Origin: Limisphaerales bacterium
GTDB taxonomy: Bacteria > Verrucomicrobiota > Verrucomicrobiia > Limisphaerales > JADLHS01
NCBI GenBank assembly: GCA_044225555.1
Contig: JBGAIM010000017.1
Coordinates: forward strand, 9,915-73,914
Length of the DNA: 64,000 nt
Direction: 5' to 3'
Of this stretch, positions 16,995-25,543 are shown in pieces. Each line of letters opens with the position of its first letter. The first letter of the stretch is position 1. A program made the translations under genes and the position numbers. The notes under the pieces were generated by a model. The model worked only from the letters and a program-made list of their open reading frames with translations. It was not told where the DNA came from and made no database searches.

Positions 16995-17732
16995 ATGGAT
17001 TTGCCTCCGCTGACGCCTGCCACGCTCTACCTGGTCGCCACACCGATTGGCAATCTGGAGGACATCACGCTGCGGGCGCTGCGGGTGCTCAAGGAGTGCG
17101 ATGTCGTTGCCGCCGAAGACACGCGCCGCACCGGGCAGTTGCTCAAGCACTTCGGGATTTCCCGGCCGCTACTAAGTTACTTCCAGTTCAATGAGGCGAA
17201 ACGTAGCGAGGAAATCATCGAACGTCTTGGACGGGGAGAGAAGGTCGCGTTGGTTACGGATGCCGGCAGTCCCGGCATCAGCGATCCGGGGGAGCGGGTG
17301 GTGAGAGCGGCCATTGCGGCGGGCTTCCGGGTGGAATCCGTGCCCGGGCCCTGCGCGCTCATTGCCGGGCTGACCGCCAGCGGGTTGCCGACCGACGAAT
17401 TCCATTTCATTGGCTTCCTGCCGCACAAATCGGGTCAACGCCGGAACAAACTGGAATCGCTCAAAGCCTTCGACGGCACCTTGGTGCTCTATGAATCACC
17501 TTATCGCATCGAGAAACTGTTGGCCGAACTGAACGAAGTTTTTCCCGATCGCCAGGTGGTGCTGGGGCGTGAGTTGACCAAGAAATTTGAGGAATACCTG
17601 CGCGGCAAACCGGCGGAATTAGTGGAACTGACAAAGAAGCGGAGTTTGAAGGGAGAGTTTGTGGTAATATTGAGTCCGCCAAGCACGGAAACCAACGAAA
17701 TAGCCAGGGACACTGCTCGTACTGGCGTTTAA
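16995..17732 (+). CDS. rsmI: 16S rRNA (cytidine1402-2'-O)-methyltransferase
   Basis: LYLVATPIGNLEDITLRALRVLKECDVVAAEDTRRTGQLL and DAGSPGISDPG motifs of the tetrapyrrole-methylase-fold RsmI family; 245 aa. Confidence 0.9.
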   Translation: MDLPPLTPATLYLVATPIGNLEDITLRALRVLKECDVVAAEDTRRTGQLLKHFGISRPLLSYFQFNEAKRSEEIIERLGRGEKVALVTDAGSPGISDPGERVVRAAIAAGFRVESVPGPCALIAGLTASGLPTDEFHFIGFLPHKSGQRRNKLESLKAFDGTLVLYESPYRIEKLLAELNEVFPDRQVVLGRELTKKFEEYLRGKPAELVELTKKRSLKGEFVVILSPPSTETNEIARDTARTGV

Positions 17733-17748
17733 ACATTTCGCTGCTTCA

Positions 17749-18060
17749 TCACCGGTCTTCTCGGTCTTTTCGCGGAATCTGAAAGACGGAGCGCAGTTCA
17801 TGTGGATGCTGGTAATAATGGCGGCAAGCGAAGACCAACTCATAGATAACTACTGGTACAAGCAAGATCAGCCACGCGTAGACTGCATCTGGCTGAAGCG
17901 AGAACATATCTTTGTAGATGTCGAGATACTCATCCCGAAACGAGTAGTCACGTCCAAGGATCTGCGTGACGAAGAGCCAAAGCAGGAGCGGGGTGATAAA
18001 GAAGCTGTCAACGAAGATCCAGACACAGATCTTAGCCTCTTTGGATGCTCGCGGTGTCAC
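17749..18060 (-). CDS. Hypothetical two-helix membrane protein (103 aa, GTG start)
   Basis: ORF track entry. Two hydrophobic helices (ICVWIFVDSFFITPLLLWLFV, AVYAWLILLVPVVIYELVFA). Lies 17 nt downstream of the GlcD-like gene. Visibly more AT-rich than its neighbours. No family recognised. Confidence 0.4.
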   Translation of the reverse strand: MTPRASKEAKICVWIFVDSFFITPLLLWLFVTQILGRDYSFRDEYLDIYKDMFSLQPDAVYAWLILLVPVVIYELVFACRHYYQHPHELRSVFQIPRKDREDR

Positions 18061-18077
18061 AGTTCTAGGATTGTTGG

Positions 18078-19454
18078 TTACACGAATTTTCCAGGATTCA
18101 AAATCGCCTTCGGATCGAGCGCCAGTTTGATGGTGCGATGGAGTTCACGGGCTTCTTCGGAAACGGCCAGTGGCCACCAGCGCTTCTTGGCGATACCAAT
18201 ACCGTGTTCGCCGGTGATGGAGCCGCCCCAGGCTAGGATTTGCCGGAATAATTCGTCCAGCGCTGCTTCACTGCGCTTCTTCGCGCCGGGTTGGGTGAAG
18301 TCCACCATGATGTTGGTGTGGATGTTGCCGTCGCCGGCGTGGCCGAAGCAGGCGAGTTGCAGCTTGTGCTTCTTTTGCAGGCGCGCGGCAAAGTCGAACA
18401 GATCCTCAAGCCGGCTGCGCGGGACGACGATGTCCTGGTTCAACTTGGTGAGACCGGTGTCGCGCAGGGAGTAGGAGAACTCGCGGCGGATTTTCCAGAC
18501 GGCCTCACATTGTTTGTCGCCCAAGCCGGTCTCAATGAATAACGGCTTTTGCGCGCGGACAATGCGCTGGAGCGTGCGAATTTCGCTTTGGACTGAGGTG
18601 CGCTGGCCGTCGAGTTCGACAATCAAGTGGGCGCGGCAGCCGCGGAGGCGTTCGCTCTTGGTGCGTTTGTAGGCGGCGGCGAGCGTAAAGGAGTCGGCCA
18701 ATTCCAGTGCCGCCGGGAGGAAGCCCGCCCCGAGAATGGCGTGCAGGGTGCGAACGGCATTGCGCATAGAACTGAAACCAATGGCGAGATTCGCGCGGTA
18801 GGGCGGCAATGGCAGCAGCTTGAGCGTGGCTTCGGTGACGACGCCGAGCAGACCTTCCGAGCCAACGAACAGGCGATGCAGATCGAATCCGGTCTTGTTT
18901 TTGTGCGTGCGGCTGCCGAGGCGGACAACGGTGCCGTCAGCCAGCACGACTTCGAGTCCGAGCACGTAATCGCGGGTGACCCCATATTTCAAGCAGCGCG
19001 GCCCGCCGGCATTGGTGACGATGTTTCCGCCGATGAAACTTTCGCCACGACTGGCCGGGTCAGGCGGATAGAACAGGTTCTGTTTCTCAACTTCCTCCTG
19101 AATCTTGGCGGTGATGACACCAGGTTGTGTGACGACCACGAAATCGCCCGCGTTGATCTCTTTGATACGGTCCATGCGCTCCAGCGAGAGGACGATGCCA
19201 CCGTGCAAGGGCACGCAACCGCCCACATAGCCGTGTCCAGCGCCACGCGCCGTGACGGGAATGCCGTGTTTGTTGGCAAAACGCAGGATGGTCGCAACGG
19301 ATTCAGTGGAGCGGGGCCGGGCGACGGCGTCCGGCAGGTGCGCGGCAAACCATTTGTCCCCGGCGTATTGTTTGAGCACGCGCGGTTCGAGATGGATTTC
19401 GTTCGGTAGAAGTTTTTTAAGCGTGCCGAGCTGGCGGGCGAGTGACGAATTCAT
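18078..19454 (-). CDS. FAD-linked oxidase (GlcD / D-lactate dehydrogenase family)
   Basis: 458 aa. FAD-binding PCMH-type N-terminal region (VTARGAGHGYVGGCVP) and a C-terminal GEHGIGIAKKRW motif typical of GlcD-like oxidases. Confidence 0.85.
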   Translation of the reverse strand: MNSSLARQLGTLKKLLPNEIHLEPRVLKQYAGDKWFAAHLPDAVARPRSTESVATILRFANKHGIPVTARGAGHGYVGGCVPLHGGIVLSLERMDRIKEINAGDFVVVTQPGVITAKIQEEVEKQNLFYPPDPASRGESFIGGNIVTNAGGPRCLKYGVTRDYVLGLEVVLADGTVVRLGSRTHKNKTGFDLHRLFVGSEGLLGVVTEATLKLLPLPPYRANLAIGFSSMRNAVRTLHAILGAGFLPAALELADSFTLAAAYKRTKSERLRGCRAHLIVELDGQRTSVQSEIRTLQRIVRAQKPLFIETGLGDKQCEAVWKIRREFSYSLRDTGLTKLNQDIVVPRSRLEDLFDFAARLQKKHKLQLACFGHAGDGNIHTNIMVDFTQPGAKKRSEAALDELFRQILAWGGSITGEHGIGIAKKRWWPLAVSEEARELHRTIKLALDPKAILNPGKFV

Positions 19455-19675
19455 TCCGGAATTGATTCTGAAGAGTTAAGAAATTCCCTGGCCTCCGCGG
19501 CTTCGCTGTCGGGGACCTGCACTTGAATGCCGCCCGCCGCCAGGGCATAGCCATCCATGCTCAGGGCAGAGATTTCGTTTTTGACGACAGGGTGAAATTG
19601 CGCGGCGTCGAGGCGCGAGCAGGTCAACTGGGCTTCCGCCGGGTTAAACGCGGTGAAGACGGTGATCATTTCCAT
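19451..19675 (-). CDS. DUF2007-like small protein (putative signal-transducing protein fold)
   Basis: 74 aa. MEMITVFTAFNPAEAQLTCSRLDAAQFHPVVKNE...IQVQVPDSEAAEAREFL matches the DUF2007 pattern as I recall it. It has a 4-nt ATGA overlap with the downstream GlcD-like gene. Confidence 0.65.
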   Translation of the reverse strand: MEMITVFTAFNPAEAQLTCSRLDAAQFHPVVKNEISALSMDGYALAAGGIQVQVPDSEAAEAREFLNSSESIPE

Positions 19676-19687
19676 AATTGCCTCCTG

Positions 19688-20710
19688 TCAGGTTGCAGCG
19701 GTTGAGCGCAAGTCGGCAAACACGATCACCCCGGCGCCGGTCTGCAACAGACTCTGGACCTGTGCCTCGACTTGGTGACCGATGTGTTGTTGTCCGTTAT
19801 TGACGACGACCATCGTGCCGTCCGGCAGGTACGCGATGCCCTGGCCCTTGTCCTTGCCTTCGCGCACGATTTTTAGCGACAACACTTCGCCCGGCAGCAT
19901 CACCGGCTTCAACGAGCGCGACAGTTCGTGCAGGTTCACGTGCGTCACGTTTTGGAGCGAAGCGATCTTGCCGAGATTGTGGTCGTTGGTGAACAGTTTC
20001 GCTCCGAGATTGCGCGCCAGCCGGATGAGTTTGGCATCCACTTCCTTTTCTTCCGGGAAATCGCCGTCGTGGATTTTTACCTCGTTGCGTGGATTGCGCT
20101 GGATGCGGTTGAGCATTTCCAAACCGCGTCGGCCGCGAGCGCGCTTGATGGGATCGTGCGAATCGGCGACTTGCTGGAGTTCCTTCAAAACGAAGCCGGG
20201 GACGACAATGATGCCTTCGAGGAAATTGGCTTCGATCAAGTCCGCCACCCGCCCATCAATGATGGCGCTGGTATCGAGCAAGATCAGGTTGTCCGGTTTG
20301 TTGCGCGGGGCGAAACGGACGTAGGGAATGATGAGTGAAAAATCCTCCTTGTTGCTGCGCATGGCGAGGACCATGCCGATGTAGCTGAACGCGAGAAACA
20401 GGGCCAGGCGTACCAGCAGGCGGGTGTCGCCGTCCACGCGGTCGAACAGGCCGGAATGGTCTATCAACTCCGCCACGCCAATGCCCAGCAACAGGCCAAA
20501 CGTCGTGGCCGAGAAAGCGCGCAGCGAAAAACCCTTGATCATCTCGTCCACCGCGATGAGCAATCCGCCAAAGCCAAAGCCGATCGCCGCGCCGATCAAG
20601 CCCCCATAGCTGGCAACGACATAGTCCGGGCGGACCTGGCTCACGGCGTAGCCCGCGATCGTGCAAAGACCCAGAAACAGGATGCGGATGGCCCAGAGGG
20701 AGGTAATCAT
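19688..20710 (-). CDS. PIN and TRAM domain-containing membrane protein (YacL-like)
   Basis: From ATG 20710 (ATGA overlap with the mlaD stop): four N-terminal hydrophobic helices, a PIN domain (LILLDTSAIIDGRVADL ... LFTNDHNL) and a C-terminal TRAM-like beta domain (GEVLSLKIVREGKDKGQGIAYLPDGTMVVV). The ORF-track start 20779 overlaps mlaD. Confidence 0.8.
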   Translation of the reverse strand: MITSLWAIRILFLGLCTIAGYAVSQVRPDYVVASYGGLIGAAIGFGFGGLLIAVDEMIKGFSLRAFSATTFGLLLGIGVAELIDHSGLFDRVDGDTRLLVRLALFLAFSYIGMVLAMRSNKEDFSLIIPYVRFAPRNKPDNLILLDTSAIIDGRVADLIEANFLEGIIVVPGFVLKELQQVADSHDPIKRARGRRGLEMLNRIQRNPRNEVKIHDGDFPEEKEVDAKLIRLARNLGAKLFTNDHNLGKIASLQNVTHVNLHELSRSLKPVMLPGEVLSLKIVREGKDKGQGIAYLPDGTMVVVNNGQQHIGHQVEAQVQSLLQTGAGVIVFADLRSTAAT

Positions 20711-21681
20711 TTGGTTTCGGCCCCGGCGTTTTGATTCCGGGGTGGTGGCGGGTTCTTCTGCTTCCACAGGATGCCCCACAGCCCGCGCGTGTTCAGGTTG
20801 CTCGTGGTGATCGAAAGGTTATAGGCGATGTCGGCGAGATTGGCAGCCATCGTTTCGTCGCGCAACAACCGACCTGCGGCCCCTTCGCCGCGTTGCAAGC
20901 CGGCGACCAGGTTGGTGAGCGTGGCGGAGCCGGCCTCAAGATTCCTGATGGCGGTGGAAATCTCCGCCCCGTTGTTGGTCACCAGCGCACTGACATAGTC
21001 GGCGAGCGGTGGCAAATGACTCGTGAACGCATTCAAGTTGCTGACCGCGGTGGTGACGGGGAGGGTGTTGGTCGCGACCATCGTGTTCAAACCGCTGACG
21101 GCGGCCTGGGCTTCTGTGGTAATGGCGGCGAAGCGCTCGAGCGAGGCGACGAAATTCTGGAGCGTAGAGGGGTTCAACACCACCTGGCGCACGTCGGTCA
21201 CGGCGGCATCGAGGTTGGAGGAAACCTGGCTGATCTTGCGCAGGGTTTCGGTGGCGACGGCGATTGCCTCTTGCATGTTGAACGGATTGCGCGCCTGGAC
21301 CTCATCGCCGTTGACCAGCTTCGGTCCCTTGTCTTCACCCGGATAAATCGCAATGAACCGGTCGCCGAGGAAGCTGGATTGCTCGATCTCAAAGCGCGCG
21401 TCGCGGTGGAGTTCGTATTTCGATTCGATCTTGAGGAGCATCGTCACGCCCTTGCCATCCAGGTTGAGCATGGCGCTGGAGACGGTGCCGACCTGAATGC
21501 CGCGCATCGAGACGCCGGCCCCTTTCTTGATGCCGCCGACATCCGTGGACGTGAGGCGAATTTCGTAAGTGTCGTGATAAAAAGCCGGGCCACGGGTGAA
21601 CAGGATGGCCAGCCCGGCCAATAACACCAGCCCCAACAACAGGAACGCGCCGACTTTGATTTCCACTCGCGACTGGCTCAT
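20707..21681 (-). CDS. mlaD: MlaD/MCE-family outer-membrane lipid asymmetry protein
   Basis: N-terminal anchor EIKVGAFLLLGLVLLAGLAILF followed by an MCE domain (GVSMRGIQVGTVSS). Lies downstream of the ABC ATPase and permease. Confidence 0.8.
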   Translation of the reverse strand: MSQSRVEIKVGAFLLLGLVLLAGLAILFTRGPAFYHDTYEIRLTSTDVGGIKKGAGVSMRGIQVGTVSSAMLNLDGKGVTMLLKIESKYELHRDARFEIEQSSFLGDRFIAIYPGEDKGPKLVNGDEVQARNPFNMQEAIAVATETLRKISQVSSNLDAAVTDVRQVVLNPSTLQNFVASLERFAAITTEAQAAVSGLNTMVATNTLPVTTAVSNLNAFTSHLPPLADYVSALVTNNGAEISTAIRNLEAGSATLTNLVAGLQRGEGAAGRLLRDETMAANLADIAYNLSITTSNLNTRGLWGILWKQKNPPPPRNQNAGAETK

Positions 21682-21693
21682 ATCAATTCGTTT

Positions 21694-22425
21694 TTAGGGA
21701 TCGGCGATTCCGTTGATAAACTGCTGCACGATCGGGTCGGTCGAGGTGAAAATATCCTCGGGCGTGCCCGTCACGTAAATCCTTTTATTGTGCAACATCA
21801 CGATGCGATGCCCCACCCGGCGGGCACTCCGCATGTCGTGGGTAACCACAATCGTGGTGACCTTCAGGCAGTCCGTCACCCGCATGATCAGCTTGTCAAT
21901 GCTGTCCGATACAATCGGGTCCAGGCCGGTCGTCGGTTCGTCATACAACACAATCTCCGGGTGATAAATGATCGCCCGTGCCAGCCCGACGCGTTTCCGC
22001 ATGCCGCCGGAGAGTTCGGCCGGCTTCTTCTTCTCGATCCCCGGCAATTCCACCATGTCCAGTGCCTCGGCCACTTTGCGGGCGATTTCCTGGGGCGTGA
22101 ACTTCTTCTGCCGCCGCAGGGCGAACGACACATTGTCCGCCACGCTCATGGAGTCAAACAGGGCCGCGCCCTGGAACACCATGCCAAACTTGCTGCGCAC
22201 CCGGATGAGTTCGTGCTCGTTCATCCGCGTGATGTCTTCGTTGTCAATCAGCACCTGTCCGGAATCGGGTCGCAGCAGGCCGATGATGTGTTTGAGCAAA
22301 ACGCTCTTGCCGCCACCGCTGCGACCGATGATGACGAGTGATTCGCCCTTTTCGATGCCGAAACTGACGCCATCCAGAATGGGTTGCGGGCCAAAACTCT
22401 TTTTGAGTTCACGCACTTCAATCAT
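21694..22425 (-). CDS. mlaF: ABC transporter ATP-binding protein (MlaF type)
   Basis: Walker A GRSGGGKS, ABC signature LSGGMRKRVGLARA, Walker B IVLYDEPTTGLD; 243 aa. Confidence 0.85.
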   Translation of the reverse strand: MIEVRELKKSFGPQPILDGVSFGIEKGESLVIIGRSGGGKSVLLKHIIGLLRPDSGQVLIDNEDITRMNEHELIRVRSKFGMVFQGAALFDSMSVADNVSFALRRQKKFTPQEIARKVAEALDMVELPGIEKKKPAELSGGMRKRVGLARAIIYHPEIVLYDEPTTGLDPIVSDSIDKLIMRVTDCLKVTTIVVTHDMRSARRVGHRIVMLHNKRIYVTGTPEDIFTSTDPIVQQFINGIADP

Positions 22426-23201
22426 ACGACCCCGAGCAGTTTGCCCAATGTCAGCGTCAGGAAAAAGTTGGCGATGAGAATGGCAATGGAAGAGTAAACC
22501 ACGGCTTCGGTGGTGGCCTGGCCCACACCTTCGGCGCCCTCACGACAGCTCATGCCCTTGTAGCAGCCGATCATCGCCACGATGCCGCCGAAGATCACAG
22601 ATTTGATCAGGCCGACGATCAGGTCGGAATTGCCCGTGTAGCGGAGCATGTTGTACCACGAATACGCCGGGTCGATGCCAAATAAATACACTCCCACGAG
22701 ATAGCCCGCGCCAATGCCCACCACGATGGCCTCGGCGGTGAGCAGCGGCATCACTAGATGCGCGGCCACGAGGCGTGGGACCACGAGATAATCCACCGGA
22801 TGCGTGGCCAGCGTGCGCAACGCATCAATCTGTTCGGTGACGCGCATCGTGCCGAGTTCGGCGGCAATGGCCGCGCCCACCCGTCCGGCAACCATCAGGC
22901 CGGTGAGCACCGGGCCCAGTTCGCTACACATGGACACGCCCACCAAGGCGAGCGTGGCGGAGTCCATCTTCACCTTGTGGAACTGGATATACGCCTGGGC
23001 GGCGAGCACCATGCCCGTGAAGGCGCCCGTGATCAGCACCACGGATTGGGACTTCACCCCGATGAAATACATGTGATTCACCAGGTCGCGCCCCGTCACT
23101 TTGAAGGTGAGCAGGGAGGCGACGGATTCCCTGGCCAGTAGCCCGAAACGCCCCAAGCCGCCGAGCCAGTCCGTGAGAAATTGTTTTGCCGCCGAAGTCA
23201 T
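22422..23201 (-). CDS. mlaE: ABC transporter permease (MlaE type)
   Basis: 259 aa multi-pass protein. MlaE-like blocks (GVKSQSVVLITGAFTGMVLA, TEQIDALRTLATHPVDYLVVPRL). 4-nt overlap with mlaF. Confidence 0.8.
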   Translation of the reverse strand: MTSAAKQFLTDWLGGLGRFGLLARESVASLLTFKVTGRDLVNHMYFIGVKSQSVVLITGAFTGMVLAAQAYIQFHKVKMDSATLALVGVSMCSELGPVLTGLMVAGRVGAAIAAELGTMRVTEQIDALRTLATHPVDYLVVPRLVAAHLVMPLLTAEAIVVGIGAGYLVGVYLFGIDPAYSWYNMLRYTGNSDLIVGLIKSVIFGGIVAMIGCYKGMSCREGAEGVGQATTEAVVYSSIAILIANFFLTLTLGKLLGVV

Positions 23202-23248
23202 CCGCGGCGGAAGCTAACAAGGGGGCCAGGGGAAGGCCAGAATACTTC

Positions 23249-24292
23249 TCAGCCGGCCTTGGCTTGAAGTTCCGCCAGTTGCTTTTCCAGTTCGCGGGTG
23301 CGCCGGATCAACTCCGGCAGTTGCGAGACTGCGATCATCTGTCGCTTGGCCTGTTTGTCCGGTGCGGCGGGAATGCCCAGCACGGTGCCGCCGTCCGGAA
23401 TGTCGCGCATCACGCCCGACTTCGCGCCGACCGTCGCCTGCTTGCCGAGTTTCAAATGTCCGGCAATCCCTGATTGAGACGCGATCACGCAGTAGTCGCC
23501 CAGTTGCGTGCTGCCGGCAAAGCCCACCTGGCCCATGATCAGACAATGCTTGCCCATGACGACGTTGTGCGCGACATGCACCAGGTTGTCGATCTTCGTG
23601 CCTTGGCCGATGACGGTGGCGCCGAGCGCCCCGCGGTCAATCGCGGCATTGGCGCCAATCTCCACATCGTCATGAATGATCACCTGGCCGACCTGAAGCA
23701 CTTTGCGATGACGACCTTCATCGAACGCATAAGCATATCCGTCCGAGCCGATCACTGTTCCAGCATGAATGCTGACCCGGTGGCCAACCTGCGTCTTCGC
23801 GTAGAGCACGACGTTTGCGTGCAGCAGGACGTCGTCGCCGATCTGGCAGTCACGACCGATATGATTACCGCCCAGGAGCACCGAGCGGGCGCCGATGCGC
23901 ACGCGCTCGCCAACCACGCAGTTGGGTCCGATGTGCGTGGTGGGATCAATTTGCGCCGAGGGGGCGATGACCGCACTTGGATGAACTCCCGGCGCATGTT
24001 GATCCGGCGGGAAAAACAGTGGTAACAGTCGGGCCACCGCCACACGCGCATTGGGCACCCGGATGAGGACCTTTTGCGAAGAAGTAAATCCGTTGGACAC
24101 GAGGATCGCGCTGGCCTGACTTTGTTCGGCGGAAGCGAAGTACGCTTCCTTGTCGGCGAATGTCAGGTCGCCGGCCTGGGCACAATCGGCGGGAGCAAAG
24201 CCCGAGAGTTGAACAGAACCATCCCCGAGGACTTCGCCCCGGAGTTGTTCCGCGATTTGAGCAGCGGTAATGGTCATAGGGCGTTGGGGCAT
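23249..24292 (-). CDS. lpxD: UDP-3-O-acylglucosamine N-acyltransferase
   Basis: 347 aa. N-terminal LpxD-type domain ([18 protein letters not shown]...LTFADKEAY) followed by a long left-handed beta-helix of hexapeptide repeats and a C-terminal helix. Confidence 0.85.
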   Translation of the reverse strand: MPQRPMTITAAQIAEQLRGEVLGDGSVQLSGFAPADCAQAGDLTFADKEAYFASAEQSQASAILVSNGFTSSQKVLIRVPNARVAVARLLPLFFPPDQHAPGVHPSAVIAPSAQIDPTTHIGPNCVVGERVRIGARSVLLGGNHIGRDCQIGDDVLLHANVVLYAKTQVGHRVSIHAGTVIGSDGYAYAFDEGRHRKVLQVGQVIIHDDVEIGANAAIDRGALGATVIGQGTKIDNLVHVAHNVVMGKHCLIMGQVGFAGSTQLGDYCVIASQSGIAGHLKLGKQATVGAKSGVMRDIPDGGTVLGIPAAPDKQAKRQMIAVSQLPELIRRTRELEKQLAELQAKAG

Positions 24293-24356
24293 TGGACGCG
24301 TTCGTCAGACCGAGCGTAGTTACTCCCGCCGGGGACAGCGAACGAAAGGCAGGCGG

Positions 24357-25331
24357 TCACGCGGAGCGAAGGCTGACGAGGCGTTGTAATTCCACGTCAT
24401 AAACTTTGAGTCGCAAGCACCGGATGATGTCAAGCGGCCGGAGGGAAGTGGTCTTGGGCCGCTGCAACTCGGGCACGGCTTTGACGACTTCCGGCAACCG
24501 GTAGAAGGGAATGCGCGCGTTGAGATGATGAACATGATGATAGCCTATGTTGGCCGTGAACCAGGCCATGATCGCGTTCATCTTCATGAAACTGGACGAT
24601 TCGAGAGCGGCGCTTTCGTAAGTCCAGCCGGCATTGTCCCGAAATGACGCCTCGGGAAAATTGTGCTGGGCATAGAACAGATACGAGCCGACGGCGGAGG
24701 CGACAAAATGCGGGCCGACCTGCGCCAGCAACCAGGCCTGCCAGCCCAGGAAATAAACCAGCGCCACGCCAATGGCGACATGCACCATGAAGGCGATCAA
24801 CGAATCATAATGGCGGCGCGGGCTGTTGAAAAATGGGTAGAGGCACATCCCAAACAGGAAAATGAAAACGTAGCCGAACAGAATCGTCATCGGATGCCGC
24901 ATGAACAGGTACTTGAAGCGCGTTCCCTTCGAGACGCGCACGAATTGCGCCTTGGTCATGATGGGGAACGAACCGATGTGTGAACCGCGCAGCTTGGAGT
25001 TGTGATTGTGATGATGATTGTGCGAACTGCGCCAGATGCTGCTCGGGCTCAAGGCCAGAATGCCGAAAATCCGCATGATCATTTCCGCCATCCGGGAACG
25101 GGGCAGAATGGCGTGATGCTGTTGGTCGTGGTAGATGACAAAGAACCGCAGGATCAACAACCCGGCGAGGAAGCTGCAGGCAATTTTTCCGGCGAGATGA
25201 AAATTCCACAGCGTCCCGACTAGGGCGGCGACCAGCAGGAAACCAGTCGAGAGTACGTACCACCAACTTCGGACAGAATGATCAACCGCGTACGCTTTGG
25301 TCATCTGTATAAGTTCCTTGCCTGTTCTCAT
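24357..25331 (-). CDS. Membrane fatty-acid desaturase family protein
   Basis: Three His boxes, HDQQHH, HNHHHNH and HHVHH, with the intervening hydrophobic helices typical of the family; 324 aa. Confidence 0.8.
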   Translation of the reverse strand: MRTGKELIQMTKAYAVDHSVRSWWYVLSTGFLLVAALVGTLWNFHLAGKIACSFLAGLLILRFFVIYHDQQHHAILPRSRMAEMIMRIFGILALSPSSIWRSSHNHHHNHNSKLRGSHIGSFPIMTKAQFVRVSKGTRFKYLFMRHPMTILFGYVFIFLFGMCLYPFFNSPRRHYDSLIAFMVHVAIGVALVYFLGWQAWLLAQVGPHFVASAVGSYLFYAQHNFPEASFRDNAGWTYESAALESSSFMKMNAIMAWFTANIGYHHVHHLNARIPFYRLPEVVKAVPELQRPKTTSLRPLDIIRCLRLKVYDVELQRLVSLRSA

Positions 25332-25543
25332 TTAGCTGTTCTCGAGACGCACACTCTATGAATGGCCGGGCTTTGTCGAGGTTTACTTCGGAATTTTTCC
25401 GGAACGTAACAATCTCCGCGGAGGTTCGAATTGGAGAACTTCACTGGCGACCCACGCCAATTTCCGCCCTCCGGGGGTGCGCCCTCGGTTTTGACCAGAA
25501 TTCAAATCATGCAAGTGTCACCGCGAATTTTGGTGGCCGGGCC

